Made by a program: the position numbers and the translations under genes. DNA of 64,000 nucleotides from Nitrospirota bacterium (GTDB lineage: Bacteria; Nitrospirota; UBA9217). Positions 38,636 through 49,649 of the stretch are shown here, one piece after another (the first letter of the stretch is position 1; each line of letters starts with the position of its first letter). The notes under the pieces are model-generated. The model made no database searches. It had not been told where the DNA came from and saw nothing but the letters and a program-made list of their open reading frames with translations. The stretch covers positions 1 to 64,000 of the forward strand of contig CAWIYV010000010.1 in assembly GCA_963840455.1 (NCBI GenBank), read 5' to 3'.

Positions 38636-38671
38636 TTAAGATTTCAAGGAAAATATTAAGATTTCATAAAG
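38636..38671 (-). promoter_or_regulatory. Candidate KdpE site upstream of kdpFABC
   Basis: TTAAGATTTCA repeated at 38636 and 38656; AAGATTTCATAAAG at 38658-38671. Confidence 0.55.
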
Positions 38672-38736
38672 GCAACGGGGAACATAGAGGGGATTCATCG
38701 AGCCAGCGGAAATAGATGCGGCGGTGTAAGGGCAAC

Positions 38737-38769
38737 AAAAAACCGGAACCCCATCGCTTGGGGTCCCGG
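38737..38769 (-). terminator. Terminator downstream of glnA
   Basis: CCGGGACCCCA-AGCGA-TGGGGTTCCGG then T6. Confidence 0.75.
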
Positions 38770-38799
38770 CATGCGCTCACCTGGCTATGGGTGTAAATC

Positions 38800-40212
38800 T
38801 TAGATGTCGTAGTACAGGAAGAACTCGTACGGATGGGGCCGGAGCCGGAGGGCGTCCACTTCCTTGGTCCGCTTGTAGTTGATATGCATCTCGATGGCGT
38901 CCTTGGTGAACACATCGCCCTTCATCAGGAAGTCGTGGTCCGCCTCGAGGTTGTCCAGTGCCTCCTCGAGCGAGCCTGGCATGGACGGCACGCCGGCCAG
39001 TTCCTCGGGTGCCATATCGTAGATGTCCTTGTCCAGCGGCTGGCCCGGATCGATCTTGTTCTCGATGCCGTCGAGGCCCGCCATCAGCATGGCCGCGAAG
39101 GCCAGATAAGGATTGCACGACGGATCGGGAAAGCGAACTTCGGCCCGCTTTGCCTTCGGGTTCGCGCTGTACATGGGTATGCGGACCGAGGCCGAACGGT
39201 TCCGGCTTGAGTAGGCCAGGTTCACCGGCGCTTCAAAGCCCGGCGTGAGCCGCTTATAGGAATTCATCGTGGGGTTCGTGAAGGCAGCGATCTTCTTGGC
39301 ATGCTTCAGGATGCCGCCAATGTAGTAGAGCGCCATCTGGGACAGGCCGGCATACTGATCGCCGGCGAAGAGGGGCTTGCCGCCCTTCCAGATGGACTGG
39401 TGGGTGTGCATACCCGACCCGTTGTCGCCGAAGAGCGGCTTGGGCATGAAGGTGACCGTCTTGTTATGCCGCTTGGCCACGTTCTTGATGATGTACTTGA
39501 AGTACATGACCTGGTCGGCGCACTTGACCAGCGGGTTGAAGCGGATATCGATCTCGGCCTGGCCGGCGGTCGCCACCTCATGGTGCTGGCGCTCGACGTA
39601 GATGCCGACCTTCTGCATCTCCATGACCATCTCGGAGCGGATGTCCTCCTGGGAGTCGATGGGCGGAACCGGGAAATAACCTTCCTTGTGGCGGGGCTTG
39701 TAGCCGAGGTTCGGGTTCTCAACGCGGCCGCTGTTCCAGATGCCTTCCGAGCTGTCGATGTGATAGTAGCCTTCATGGGAGTTCTGGTCGAAGCGCACAT
39801 CGTCGAAAATGAAAAATTCCGGCTCCGGGCCCATGTAGCACGTGTCGCCGATGCCCGTGGACTTGAGGTAGGCTTCGGCCTTCTGAGCGATATACCGCGG
39901 GTCGCGTGAATAGCGCTCCTTGGTGATGGGATCGACGATATTGCAGATCAGCGACAGCGTTGCGAACTGGGTGAAGGGATCCATCACCGCCGTTTCCGCA
40001 TCGGGCACTACCAGCATGTCGCTGGTGTGAATGGACTGCCAGCCGCGAATGCTGGACCCGTCGAACCCGAGCCCATCCTCGAAGATCCCTTCGGTCAACT
40101 CGTCCACGGGCACGGAAAAGTGCTGCCACAGTCCCGGGTAGTCCATGAACTTGAAGTCCACCATCAACGCCTTGTTCTCTTTTGCCAGTTTCAATACATC
40201 TTTTGGTGTCAT
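38800..40212 (-). CDS. glnA: Glutamine synthetase type I (possible longer form from 40383)
   Basis: [43 protein letters not shown]; AGGAGG before ATG 40212. Confidence 0.97.
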   Translation of the reverse strand: MTPKDVLKLAKENKALMVDFKFMDYPGLWQHFSVPVDELTEGIFEDGLGFDGSSIRGWQSIHTSDMLVVPDAETAVMDPFTQFATLSLICNIVDPITKERYSRDPRYIAQKAEAYLKSTGIGDTCYMGPEPEFFIFDDVRFDQNSHEGYYHIDSSEGIWNSGRVENPNLGYKPRHKEGYFPVPPIDSQEDIRSEMVMEMQKVGIYVERQHHEVATAGQAEIDIRFNPLVKCADQVMYFKYIIKNVAKRHNKTVTFMPKPLFGDNGSGMHTHQSIWKGGKPLFAGDQYAGLSQMALYYIGGILKHAKKIAAFTNPTMNSYKRLTPGFEAPVNLAYSSRNRSASVRIPMYSANPKAKRAEVRFPDPSCNPYLAFAAMLMAGLDGIENKIDPGQPLDKDIYDMAPEELAGVPSMPGSLEEALDNLEADHDFLMKGDVFTKDAIEMHINYKRTKEVDALRLRPHPYEFFLYYDI

Positions 40213-40379
40213 GACATCCTCCTGTTCTGAATTTCGTACAGAGACCTCGGGGATCTTCTGGTTGCGATCATCTTTCGCCTGCTGCGCACGCGACAGTTTC
40301 TTTTTTACCGATTTCTTCTTGAGTGATTTTTTCACTGCTTTCCGGACAGGTTTTCGGGTACCGCTCTTTTTCCCCTTTT

Positions 40380-40761
<382 letters not shown>

Positions 40762-40872
40762 TATTGAAACACATAAATTTCAATTGGTTATGTCATATGA
40801 AAAACGAAACGGCCGCCCAGATTTTAGGCAGCCGACTAATAAATAGGCAGGATTACCGTCCAATTGGAGGGT

Positions 40873-43800
40873 TCATTTCCTGCTCTTCTTGGTCTTCTCC
40901 TCCCGTTCGATGCGGGCGCCCTCTTCCAGGAACTTGAAGGAGATCTCTTTTTCGATGTCCTCCTTGATGGCGTCCATGGAAATGAGGTCGCCCTGCTGAA
41001 GCTCATGGACCTTGATCTCTACCTCGCGGTAGGTAGGGCCGAGATTATAGACCTTCTGGAACTGCTCGAGGGCGGAAGCGTTGTTCCCGACACCCTGGAA
41101 GGCGAGCCCCAGGTCGTAGTGCATGCCGAGCCGCTCCTCGCTCGCCTCGCCGAAACTGTACGAATACCCCAGAGCGTTCTGGATCTCCGTGATCGCGGTC
41201 TCGAAGTCGCCTTTTTCGAGATAGCAAAGGCCAAGCATGTAGCGGCTCTGGATGAACTTAGGTTCGCCCTCGTTGGTCATATTGAACTCGGAGACAGCGT
41301 CGTCGAGAAGGCCCATTTCCCGGTAAGCGACCCCCAGGTTGTAGTGGGTGTCCTCATCCTCCTTCTTCTCGTGGGCCTCCACGCCCGCCTTGAATTCCTC
41401 GAAGATCTCATCAAGGCTCTGCTCGTGGACCGTTGCCGACGTTCTTTGGGCCGGCGACGCGCTCAACTCGTCCCGGAGCTCGGCGGCAAGATCAAAGAAA
41501 TCACTGGAATCATCGGACCCTGCAGGCTCCGGCGCGGGGGCCGGCGCCTTGGGTGCCGGCCGTGTGCCAGCTCCTCTAAGCTCCCTATCAATGTCGGCGA
41601 AAGATTCCTCGGAATCCGCAGCGGAGAATCGTGCAACTGCCGGCGCAGCGGCGGCCGGGGTCTCCGTATCGATATCTGCAAAGGACTCTTCGGGCTCCTC
41701 TCTTCGCGGCGGCGGGACCGGTTCCGCGGCCTTTGCAGGTGCTTTAGCGGCAGGGGCGGTCTTCTCCCCCTTCCGCATCTCGGTGATCTCCTGCATGAGC
41801 GACCGGACCGACTGTGCATCGCTCGGCGATACGGCCTCTTCGGACGCTTCGGGCCCGGACTTGACCATGTTCTCCAGGCCCTCGACGGCCTCGGCAAGGC
41901 GCGAGAACTCCTCGTCTTCTTCCTTTTCCCGGGTTATCTCGACGACCCGCTCCATCGCCCGCCGTTCGCCCGGCTTCACGTCAAGGATCTTCTCGTAGTG
42001 CTTCCGGGCCTCGTCGAACAGCCCCTGCTGGTAGTAGAACTCCGCTTCGGCCCAGAGCTCGGCAATGTCTGTCTCGGCGGACGTCTCCTGAACGGATGCG
42101 GGATGCTCGAAGGGATGCTCTTCCTTTGCAGCGGGCGGCTGATAGGCCCTGCCCGCACGCCCTCTCTGCGGCGGCGCCTCTTCCTCGGTCTCCTCGAAGA
42201 GCATCTCGTCACCGAAGGATATCTCCTCGGCCTCTTCGGGGGCCGAGGCCGCCTTCGGCCGCCTGGGTGCGGCCGGAGGCTCCTCATCGGGGATCTGGAG
42301 CTCTTCGATGTCCTCTTCAGCCGGCGTTTGCAGCTCAAGGCCTTCGATGCCGGGAATTGCGAGTTCAGGCACCTCGTCGATGGTCTCGATGGCCTCGGGC
42401 TCCTCGATGGTCTCAATGGCCTCGGGCACTTCGGGCTCCGCTTCGGCCCCATCCATGCCGAGCTTTGCCATGATCTGGGGGTTGCCGGGCGCCAGTTCGA
42501 GCGCGGACCGCAGCACGGACTGGCTCTCATCATTCCGGCCCTTTTTTTCGTAGAGCTCGGCGAGCATGAGGGCCTGGACCACGGCCTTCATGGTGTTCTG
42601 CTGATCGCGGTACAGGTCAAGCAGGCGGGCACGGACCTTCGGATCCTCGGGATATTTCCGGACGATCCCTTCGAGCTGCTCGACCGCCTTTGCGCCGAGG
42701 CCGTACTTGATGAGCACATCCACTTCGGTGAGCGCCTCGATCACGGCAGGATCAGCGGCCTCTTCCCGGGCTTCCCTGCGCGGCGGTGCGGCGGCGGGGA
42801 CAGGCACTTCCGGAATGGCCAGTTCTTCAACGGCCTCGGACGGCTCCTCCGTGAGCTCTGCTGCGGCGGGCGCGGCAGGCTTGCTCGGCGCAACGCCGGT
42901 GAGCCCTTCGAGCCTTTCCTTCACTTCATACAGGTCCGGGGCAAGCAGGCTCGCCCGGCCAAGCACTTCGCGTGCATCATCGCGGCTGCCCCGTTCAATA
43001 AGCACGTCCGCCGCCAACATGAGCTCGCGGGCGCCGTCCGTGGCTCGGCCGAGCTTCGAAAAAAGCTCGGCAAGGGCGACAGCGCCCGCCAGGGGGTCGT
43101 GCGTGACCGCGATGAACTCCTTCAGGATTCCGGCCGCCCCCTCCAAGTCCATGCTCTCCGCCCTGTGTTCGGCGAGGATGACAGCCTCTTTCAGGGCTTT
43201 GTCGAAGTCCTGCCGGGCGAGATATATCTGGTAGAGCTTTTCGTGGAGGTCTTGGCGCGAGGGATCAAGCAACAGGAGCTTCTTGTAGACCTCGTCCGCG
43301 TCACCGGCACGGCCTGCCTTCGTGAGCGCCTCCAGATACAGATTGATCAGGTCCTGATTATCGGGATCGCTCTCAAAGGCGGGTTTGAGCGCCTTGCAGG
43401 CCTCGGCGAACTTCCCCTCCTTGAAGTAGACGATGCCTGCCTTGTGGTAAACTTCCTTGTTGTTCGGCTCGACCGCCAGGATCTTCTCGAAGATCTGGCG
43501 GGCATCCTGGAACGCATCCTTGGCGATGTGCTGGTCTGCGGCATCGAGGAAGGCCTTGACGGCCTCTTGCTGCATGCCCTCCTTGAGGTACATCTCGGTC
43601 AGCTTCATGCGGAAAGTGATGTTCGTGGGATTGAGGTCGGCCATCTTCTGGTAGATGCCGAGGGCCTGGGGCATGTCGTTCTTCTTTTTGTAATGGTCGG
43701 CGACCTTCTTGTAGCTCTCGAGGGCGTTCCCGGTGAGACCCTTGTCGGCGTTCATATCGCCAAGGGCGAGATGGACCTCGATCTTTTCGGGATCGATGTT

Positions 43801-44058
43801 GAGGACCTTTTTGTAGAGCGCGATGGCCTTGGAGGTGAAGCCATCCTCGGCGAGGATATCAGCGGCGCGCTTGTAGGCGTCCACGGCCTCGGCCTTGGCG
43901 TTCTTCTTGAGGCACAGATCGCCGATGGTATTGAAGATGTTCGCGTCGTTCGGCGTTTCCCTGACGAGCTTCCGCCATTCGGCAATAGCCTTGTCGAACT
44001 GGCCTTTACCCGCAAGTTTCTGCGCCTCTTTGATGACGGAATTTCTGTCGATGGCCAT
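40873..44058 (-). CDS. Large TPR protein with acidic linker, SgmX-like
   Basis: N-terminal TPR array (GQFDKAIAEWRK; DGFTSKAIALYKKVL), E/P/A-rich linker, C-terminal THYNLGVAYREMGL TPRs. Confidence 0.8.
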   Translation of the reverse strand: MAIDRNSVIKEAQKLAGKGQFDKAIAEWRKLVRETPNDANIFNTIGDLCLKKNAKAEAVDAYKRAADILAEDGFTSKAIALYKKVLNIDPEKIEVHLALGDMNADKGLTGNALESYKKVADHYKKKNDMPQALGIYQKMADLNPTNITFRMKLTEMYLKEGMQQEAVKAFLDAADQHIAKDAFQDARQIFEKILAVEPNNKEVYHKAGIVYFKEGKFAEACKALKPAFESDPDNQDLINLYLEALTKAGRAGDADEVYKKLLLLDPSRQDLHEKLYQIYLARQDFDKALKEAVILAEHRAESMDLEGAAGILKEFIAVTHDPLAGAVALAELFSKLGRATDGARELMLAADVLIERGSRDDAREVLGRASLLAPDLYEVKERLEGLTGVAPSKPAAPAAAELTEEPSEAVEELAIPEVPVPAAAPPRREAREEAADPAVIEALTEVDVLIKYGLGAKAVEQLEGIVRKYPEDPKVRARLLDLYRDQQNTMKAVVQALMLAELYEKKGRNDESQSVLRSALELAPGNPQIMAKLGMDGAEAEPEVPEAIETIEEPEAIETIDEVPELAIPGIEGLELQTPAEEDIEELQIPDEEPPAAPRRPKAASAPEEAEEISFGDEMLFEETEEEAPPQRGRAGRAYQPPAAKEEHPFEHPASVQETSAETDIAELWAEAEFYYQQGLFDEARKHYEKILDVKPGERRAMERVVEITREKEEDEEFSRLAEAVEGLENMVKSGPEASEEAVSPSDAQSVRSLMQEITEMRKGEKTAPAAKAPAKAAEPVPPPRREEPEESFADIDTETPAAAAPAVARFSAADSEESFADIDRELRGAGTRPAPKAPAPAPEPAGSDDSSDFFDLAAELRDELSASPAQRTSATVHEQSLDEIFEEFKAGVEAHEKKEDEDTHYNLGVAYREMGLLDDAVSEFNMTNEGEPKFIQSRYMLGLCYLEKGDFETAITEIQNALGYSYSFGEASEERLGMHYDLGLAFQGVGNNASALEQFQKVYNLGPTYREVEIKVHELQQGDLISMDAIKEDIEKEISFKFLEEGARIEREEKTKKSRK

Positions 44059-44066
44059 AGCAGTTC

Positions 44067-44096
44067 AAAATACCACATTTATGCGGAAAGTGTCAA
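44067..44096 (-). promoter_or_regulatory. Putative sigma70 promoter of the TPR gene
   Basis: TTGACA-N18-TATTTT with TG extension. Confidence 0.5.
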
Positions 44097-44163
44097 CACA
44101 GTTCACTCCCCAAGTCCATCTTTCCCTTGATTTTTCAAGGTAATCATGGTAAACATGCAAATC

Positions 44164-44682
44164 ATGGCAGTTCGAGAGATAAAAAAGTACCCGGACCCGG
44201 TCCTGAGGAGAAAAACAGCTTCCGTCGGAGCCATTGACGAGGACATTTGCCGCCTGATTGACGATATGGTGGAGACCATGCATGCGGCGCCGGGCGTCGG
44301 CCTGGCGGCCAACCAGGTGGGGGTCCCGCTCCAGGTCGCGGTCATCGACATCGGCAGTCACGAAGAAGAGGGGGAAAAACACTCTCTCGTGGTCCTGATC
44401 AACCCCGAGATCGTCTCCCAGGAAGGGGCCGTTGTGGCCGAGGAGGGCTGCCTCAGCGTCCCTGATTTCACGGAGAAGGTGAAGCGCGCTGCCCGCGTAA
44501 AAGTGCGGGCCAGGGACCGCGCTGGTAAGACCTTTGAATTGGAAGCCGACGGTCTCATGGCAAAGGCGCTCCAGCACGAGATCGACCACCTCAATGGCAT
44601 TCTCTTCATTGACCGGTTAAGCCCCATCAAGAAGAGCATTTTCCGGCGAAAACTAAAGAAGGCCCTTGCCGAGACCGCATAA
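44164..44682 (+). CDS. def: Peptide deformylase
   Basis: GVGLAANQ, EGCLS, QHEIDH. Confidence 0.97.
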   Translation: MAVREIKKYPDPVLRRKTASVGAIDEDICRLIDDMVETMHAAPGVGLAANQVGVPLQVAVIDIGSHEEEGEKHSLVVLINPEIVSQEGAVVAEEGCLSVPDFTEKVKRAARVKVRARDRAGKTFELEADGLMAKALQHEIDHLNGILFIDRLSPIKKSIFRRKLKKALAETA

Positions 44683-44817
44683 GGGCAAGCACGAATCACC
44701 ACATGACAAATCCCAAATAATTTCCAGTGTTCAAGATGCAACGATCTCGCCGTTTGATCATTGTCGTCTTGATGCCTGGGACTTGTTTGGGATTTGGCGC
44801 TTCGGATTTGGAACTTT

Positions 44818-45765
44818 ATGAGAATTGTTTATATGGGCACGCCGCCCTTCGCTGTTCCGTCGCTCCAGTCGCTGATCGCGGCAGGCAACGATGTCGTCGG
44901 CGTGGTCACCCGGATCGACAAGCCGGCGGGACGGGGAAAGGTCCTGACGCCTCCGGCGGTCAAGCTCGCGGCCGAGCAGTCGAGTGTGCCCGTGTTCCAG
45001 CCGAAACGGGTCAGGGAGCCGGCGAGCATCGAGGCGATTGGAACGATGCGGCCCGATGTCATCGTGGTCGCCGCCTACGGCCAGATCCTCCCGAAAGAGC
45101 TGCTGGGCCTGCCGAGGTACGGCTGCGTCAATATCCACGCCTCGCTCCTCCCGGCCTACCGCGGTGCGGCGCCGATCAATTGGGCCATCATCAACGGCGA
45201 GACGCGGACCGGCGTTACGATCATGCAGATGGACGAGGGCATGGACACCGGGGCGGTCCTGGCGCAGGAGGGCATTCCCATCGACCCCCGGGATACGGCC
45301 GGCACCCTGACGGAGAAGCTTGCCGAACTGGGCAGCTGGCTCATCGTCGATGCCCTGTCGCACATCGAAGCGGGAGGGCTCCCGGCCGTTCCGCAGGACC
45401 CCGACAAGGCGACGATGGCGCCGCTGCTCAAGAAAGAGGACGGCCGCATCGACTGGACCCTGGCCGCCCACACAATCCATAACCGGGTACGGGGGCTATC
45501 GCCCTGGCCGGGAGCTTATAGCTTCCTCGACGGAAAGCTGATCAAGGTCCTCGAGACGAAGGTCGCCGAGGGCGCCGGCGAGCCGGGATCGCTGCACGAA
45601 CAGGGCAGGGACGGCCTGATCGTTAGCACAGGAAAAGACATGCTCAGTATAGTGAGGCTCCAGCCCGAGGGCAAGAAGCCCATGTCCGCTTGCGAGTTTC
45701 TGCGGGGACACCGGGGAGTGGCGGGGAAGAAATTCAGCAACGGAGACTACACCCGAAGGGGGTAA
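44818..45765 (+). CDS. fmt: Methionyl-tRNA formyltransferase
   Basis: MRIVYMGTP, VAAYGQI, NIHASLLP.YRGAAP, MDTG. Confidence 0.97.
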   Translation: MRIVYMGTPPFAVPSLQSLIAAGNDVVGVVTRIDKPAGRGKVLTPPAVKLAAEQSSVPVFQPKRVREPASIEAIGTMRPDVIVVAAYGQILPKELLGLPRYGCVNIHASLLPAYRGAAPINWAIINGETRTGVTIMQMDEGMDTGAVLAQEGIPIDPRDTAGTLTEKLAELGSWLIVDALSHIEAGGLPAVPQDPDKATMAPLLKKEDGRIDWTLAAHTIHNRVRGLSPWPGAYSFLDGKLIKVLETKVAEGAGEPGSLHEQGRDGLIVSTGKDMLSIVRLQPEGKKPMSACEFLRGHRGVAGKKFSNGDYTRRG

Positions 45766-45830
45766 AGGGTTAGGGAACACGACATTACCCCTGACACGTT
45801 ACTCTTCACGCCTATCCTATTGAGAAAACC

Positions 45831-46610
45831 ATGTCCGAACCGAAAAAACGCATATTCATCGGCCTCATCGTCTTCACGGTCGTTCTCATCACGGCAGTCA
45901 CGGTGGGGCTCTATCTGATCCCCTATATCGGTCTCAAGAACATCCATCCCCTGGCGCCGAAGGTCGTCTGCGCGACCATGGGGCTGGTCATCGGTGTTCT
46001 CATCCTCGGCGTGGCGCTCTTGATCGTTACGCTTGTCCGGGGAAGAGAGGTCTTTTTTGCAGCGAAGCTCCGGGGGATCATCGTTGAAGTGCTCTTTCCC
46101 ATCATGATCGTCATCGGCAAGCTCCTGGGCATCTCCAAGGAGAAGATCCAGCAGTCCTTCGTCGAGGTGAACAACCTCCTTGTCCGCGCCAAGTTCAGAG
46201 GCTCCCGGACCGAACGCATCCTGCTCCTCATGCCCCACTGCCTCCAGTTCAACGACTGCAGCATCAAGATCACGAGCGACGTGTACAAGTGCGCGGCCTG
46301 CGGCAAATGCAGGATCAAGGACCTCGTGGCGCTGGCGCAGAAATATCAGGTCCACCTCTCCGTCGCCACGGGCGGAACGCTGGCCCGTCGGCGCGTTGCG
46401 GAGGCAAAGCCCCAGGCGATCATCGCGGTTGCATGCGAGCGCGACCTGACGAGCGGCATCCAGGACTCCTATCCCCTGCCGGTCATTGGCATTCTGAACG
46501 ACCGCCCCTTCGGGCCGTGCTTTAATACCAGCGTCGATATCACCAAGGTCGCAGAGGCCCTTGAGTTCCTCGCCGGAGGCCGGCGTGAGCCCCGCGTCGC
46601 GAACGGATAA
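45831..46610 (+). CDS. DUF116-like membrane-anchored Cys-rich protein
   Basis: Two TMs; LLMPHCLQ, CAACGKC, VATGGTLAR, AVACERDL. Confidence 0.85.
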   Translation: MSEPKKRIFIGLIVFTVVLITAVTVGLYLIPYIGLKNIHPLAPKVVCATMGLVIGVLILGVALLIVTLVRGREVFFAAKLRGIIVEVLFPIMIVIGKLLGISKEKIQQSFVEVNNLLVRAKFRGSRTERILLLMPHCLQFNDCSIKITSDVYKCAACGKCRIKDLVALAQKYQVHLSVATGGTLARRRVAEAKPQAIIAVACERDLTSGIQDSYPLPVIGILNDRPFGPCFNTSVDITKVAEALEFLAGGRREPRVANG

Positions 46611-47949
46611 GCCCCGGGAGCGCGCCCTTTCCATCCTTCACAGCATTGAGCGTGGCGGCTTTGCTGATCCCCTGCTCGACGCGGCCCGCAAGGACTTCGA
46701 CGGGCGGGACAGCGCCTTCATCCTCGAACTGGTCTACGGCGTCCTGCGGAACCGCTCCCTCCTTGACTGGACCCTGGACCGCTTCTCCGAAAAGCCTATC
46801 GCAAAGACCGACGCCTGGACCCGGAACATCCTGCGGATGGCGGCCTATCAAATGATCCATCTTGACCGGGTACCGGCAAGCGCTGCCGTGAACACGGCAA
46901 CGGAGCTGGCGAAGATCTACGGAAAGAAGGGCGGCTACGTCAATGGCCTGCTCCGCACGTTCGAGCGGAACAAGACCGCCCTCCCCCTGCCGCCCGCCGA
47001 CAGCCCGCTCTCGCGCCTGTCCGTCATCCATTCCCATCCGGCATGGCTCGTCCGGCGCTGGCTGGATCGCCTCGGTATGCAAGCGGCCGACGAGGTTCTC
47101 AGGAACAATAACCGTCATGCGCCGCTGATGATCCGGACCAATGTGCTCAAGGGAAAGAGGAGCGACCTGCTGCCGCTCCTCGAAGCCCAGGGTGCATCCG
47201 TTCGGGCATCGCCTTATTCGCCTGCGGGTATCGAGGTCCTCTCTTCGCCCGGTATCGCTGTTCTGCCGGCCTATAGGGACGGCTGGTTCATGGTCCAGGA
47301 CGAGGCGGCTCAGCTCGTCGGCATGATGCTTTCCCCGCAAGAGGGTGAGACGGTGCTGGATGCATGCGCCGCGCCGGGAGGCAAAGCTACCCACCTAGCT
47401 GAGCTGATGGGTGATCAAGGAAGCGTGGTCGCTCTTGAGAGCGACAAGAAACGGATAGGAAAGATCAGCGCGAACAGCAGCAGGCTCGGCATCAGGATCA
47501 TCAGGCCCGTCCTCGGCGATGCGGCGACCTATCGGGAAGGGACCTACGACAGGATCCTGATCGATGCCCCCTGTTCGGGCCTCGGCGTGCTTCGGCGGCA
47601 CCCTGACGGCAGGTGGGCCAAAACCGAGGAGAGCATCAGCGAGCGGGCATCACTCCAAAAGAAGATCCTGGAGAACTGCGCTAAACTCGTGAGGCCTGGC
47701 GGCGTACTGGTCTATGCGACCTGCACCACGGAACCGGAGGAGAACGAGGCCGTGGTCAACGCCTTTGTCGCGACCTCTCGAGGCGAATTCCGCGTCGACG
47801 ATCCCCGGCCCTATCTTCCCGATACGGCCGCAGCGCTCGTGGGTTCGGACGGATTCTTCCGGACCTTTCCGGATGCGCCATTGATGGACGGATTCTTCGG
47901 TGCGAGGATCATAAAAAAGACCTGGGATACGTGTACAGTGAACGGTTAG
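46585..47949 (+). CDS. rsmB: 16S rRNA m5C967 methyltransferase
   Basis: NusB-like N-terminus, HSHPAWL, VQDE, DACAAPGGK, DAPCSG, YATC; start approximate. Confidence 0.93.
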   Translation: MSPASRTDKPRERALSILHSIERGGFADPLLDAARKDFDGRDSAFILELVYGVLRNRSLLDWTLDRFSEKPIAKTDAWTRNILRMAAYQMIHLDRVPASAAVNTATELAKIYGKKGGYVNGLLRTFERNKTALPLPPADSPLSRLSVIHSHPAWLVRRWLDRLGMQAADEVLRNNNRHAPLMIRTNVLKGKRSDLLPLLEAQGASVRASPYSPAGIEVLSSPGIAVLPAYRDGWFMVQDEAAQLVGMMLSPQEGETVLDACAAPGGKATHLAELMGDQGSVVALESDKKRIGKISANSSRLGIRIIRPVLGDAATYREGTYDRILIDAPCSGLGVLRRHPDGRWAKTEESISERASLQKKILENCAKLVRPGGVLVYATCTTEPEENEAVVNAFVATSRGEFRVDDPRPYLPDTAAALVGSDGFFRTFPDAPLMDGFFGARIIKKTWDTCTVNG

Positions 47950-48079
47950 AGGACCAACGGGAAGCGGTTCTCCCCTCACCCTTTACCTCTTACGCCTGAC
48001 GTATTGACGGTATTATTGTATCTGCTTGCATATTCCCCTCATTACTGGTAAAATGCGGGCTCGCATTTATTCCTCAATC

Positions 48080-48796
48080 ATGAACCGTTTTCTCAAAGGC
48101 ATCGGGATATTCCTGACGCTGATCGTTGTCGGCATCGTCAGCGCCTTCGCGGTCATCGCACTGCTGCTCCGCCAGGAAGAAGTGAGGGTCCCGGACCTTA
48201 CAGGCCAGGACATCATCACGGTCATCGAGGTGGTCGGCCAGCATGGGCTGCAGCTCAAGGTGGACCGCCGCGAGCCGAGCCAGACCATGCCCCGGGATGC
48301 CGTGGTATCCCAGGCCCCCCCGCCGGGCACGGGCCTCAAGAAGGGGCGGTCCGTGCACGTCGTGGTCAGTCAGGGCCCGAGCGAATTGCTGGCGCCCCGG
48401 CTGATCGGCGAGCAGTACCGGAAGGCTGAGATCCTCCTGCGGCAAGGCGGACTTCTCTCCTTCGATGTGGCGCGGGTGTGGTCCGAAACAGTTGAGCGGG
48501 ACCTCGTGATCGCCCAGGACCCGCCGACGGGCACACCGCTCGAAAAGGGCGGCGGGGTAAGCCTCCTTGTGAGCCTCGGGAAAAAAGGGCGGTTGTACGT
48601 TACACCGTCGCTGGTCGGGAAAAAAGCGGAAGCGGCGGCCCGCCTGGTGGACCGTATGGGCCTCCAGCACCGCATCGTGTCGCGGAGCTCGAGCACCCGG
48701 CAGCAGACCGGCGATCGGGTCGTGGTGCGGCAGAAGCCCGCCGCCGGATATCCGCTCACTGCGGACACGGTGGTGGAACTGATGGTGGGAAAATGA
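48080..48796 (+). CDS. PASTA-domain protein
   Basis: N-terminal TM then three PASTA repeats (VPDLTG, APRLIG, TPSLVG). Confidence 0.88.
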   Translation: MNRFLKGIGIFLTLIVVGIVSAFAVIALLLRQEEVRVPDLTGQDIITVIEVVGQHGLQLKVDRREPSQTMPRDAVVSQAPPPGTGLKKGRSVHVVVSQGPSELLAPRLIGEQYRKAEILLRQGGLLSFDVARVWSETVERDLVIAQDPPTGTPLEKGGGVSLLVSLGKKGRLYVTPSLVGKKAEAAARLVDRMGLQHRIVSRSSSTRQQTGDRVVVRQKPAAGYPLTADTVVELMVGK

Positions 48797-48894
48797 ATGA
48801 ACAGTCAATGTTCAGCGTTCAAGGTTCAACGTGGCGGCATCCTCATATTGAAGATCGGATCGTGAATGTGGTTTAGGCTCTCTCGAGGTATCCC

Positions 48895-49557
48895 ATGCCG
48901 AAAAAAGTGAAAGTGGCGCCCTCCATCCTGTCGGCTGATTTCTCCCGCCTGGGCGAGGAGATCCGGGCTGTTGAGGCCGCTGGCGCGGACATCATCCATA
49001 TCGACGTCATGGACGGGCACTTCGTCCCGAACATCACCATCGGCCCCCTCATCGTGCAGGCGGCCCGGAAGGTGACGAAGCTGCCGCTGGATGTTCACCT
49101 CATGATCGAGAACCCCGAGCTGTACATCGCCGACTTCGCGAAGGCGGGCGCCGACTATCTGACGGTCCATGCCGAAGCCGCTTATCACCTCCACCGCCTG
49201 GTGCAGAGCATCAGGGAGCACAAGGGCGTGAAGGCCGCGGTCTCGCTGAACCCCGCGACGCCCCTCGATGCGCTTGACTACGTTCTGGGCGACCTGGATA
49301 TGGTCCTCATCATGTCCGTGAACCCGGGGTTCGGCGGCCAGGCGTTCATCCCCTCGCAGCTTGACAAGATCCGGGCGCTCCGGAAGCGCATCGATGACCG
49401 CAGGCTCGATCTGGAGATCGAGGTGGACGGCGGCATCAAGACCGACAATGCCGCCGAGGTGGCCGCTGCCGGCGCCGACATCCTCGTTGCGGGATCAGCG
49501 GTCTTCGGCGCAAAGGACTACGCGGCCGCAATCAAAGGAATACGAGGGATAAGATAA
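48895..49557 (+). CDS. rpe: Ribulose-phosphate 3-epimerase
   Basis: [36 protein letters not shown]. Confidence 0.97.
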   Translation: MPKKVKVAPSILSADFSRLGEEIRAVEAAGADIIHIDVMDGHFVPNITIGPLIVQAARKVTKLPLDVHLMIENPELYIADFAKAGADYLTVHAEAAYHLHRLVQSIREHKGVKAAVSLNPATPLDALDYVLGDLDMVLIMSVNPGFGGQAFIPSQLDKIRALRKRIDDRRLDLEIEVDGGIKTDNAAEVAAAGADILVAGSAVFGAKDYAAAIKGIRGIR

Positions 49558-49649
49558 TTCAAGATTCAAAATGGAAGATTCAAGGGAAGGTCGCGTTCAT
49601 TTTGAATTTTGCGTATTGAATATTGAACTTGTTGTTTCAGGAGGCACCC

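Noticed and set aside
40864-44130. 1088-aa plus-strand ORF
   Set aside because: Antisense shadow of the TPR gene, typical of GC-rich codon bias; no motifs. The same applies to 28654..30669 and 59964..61592.
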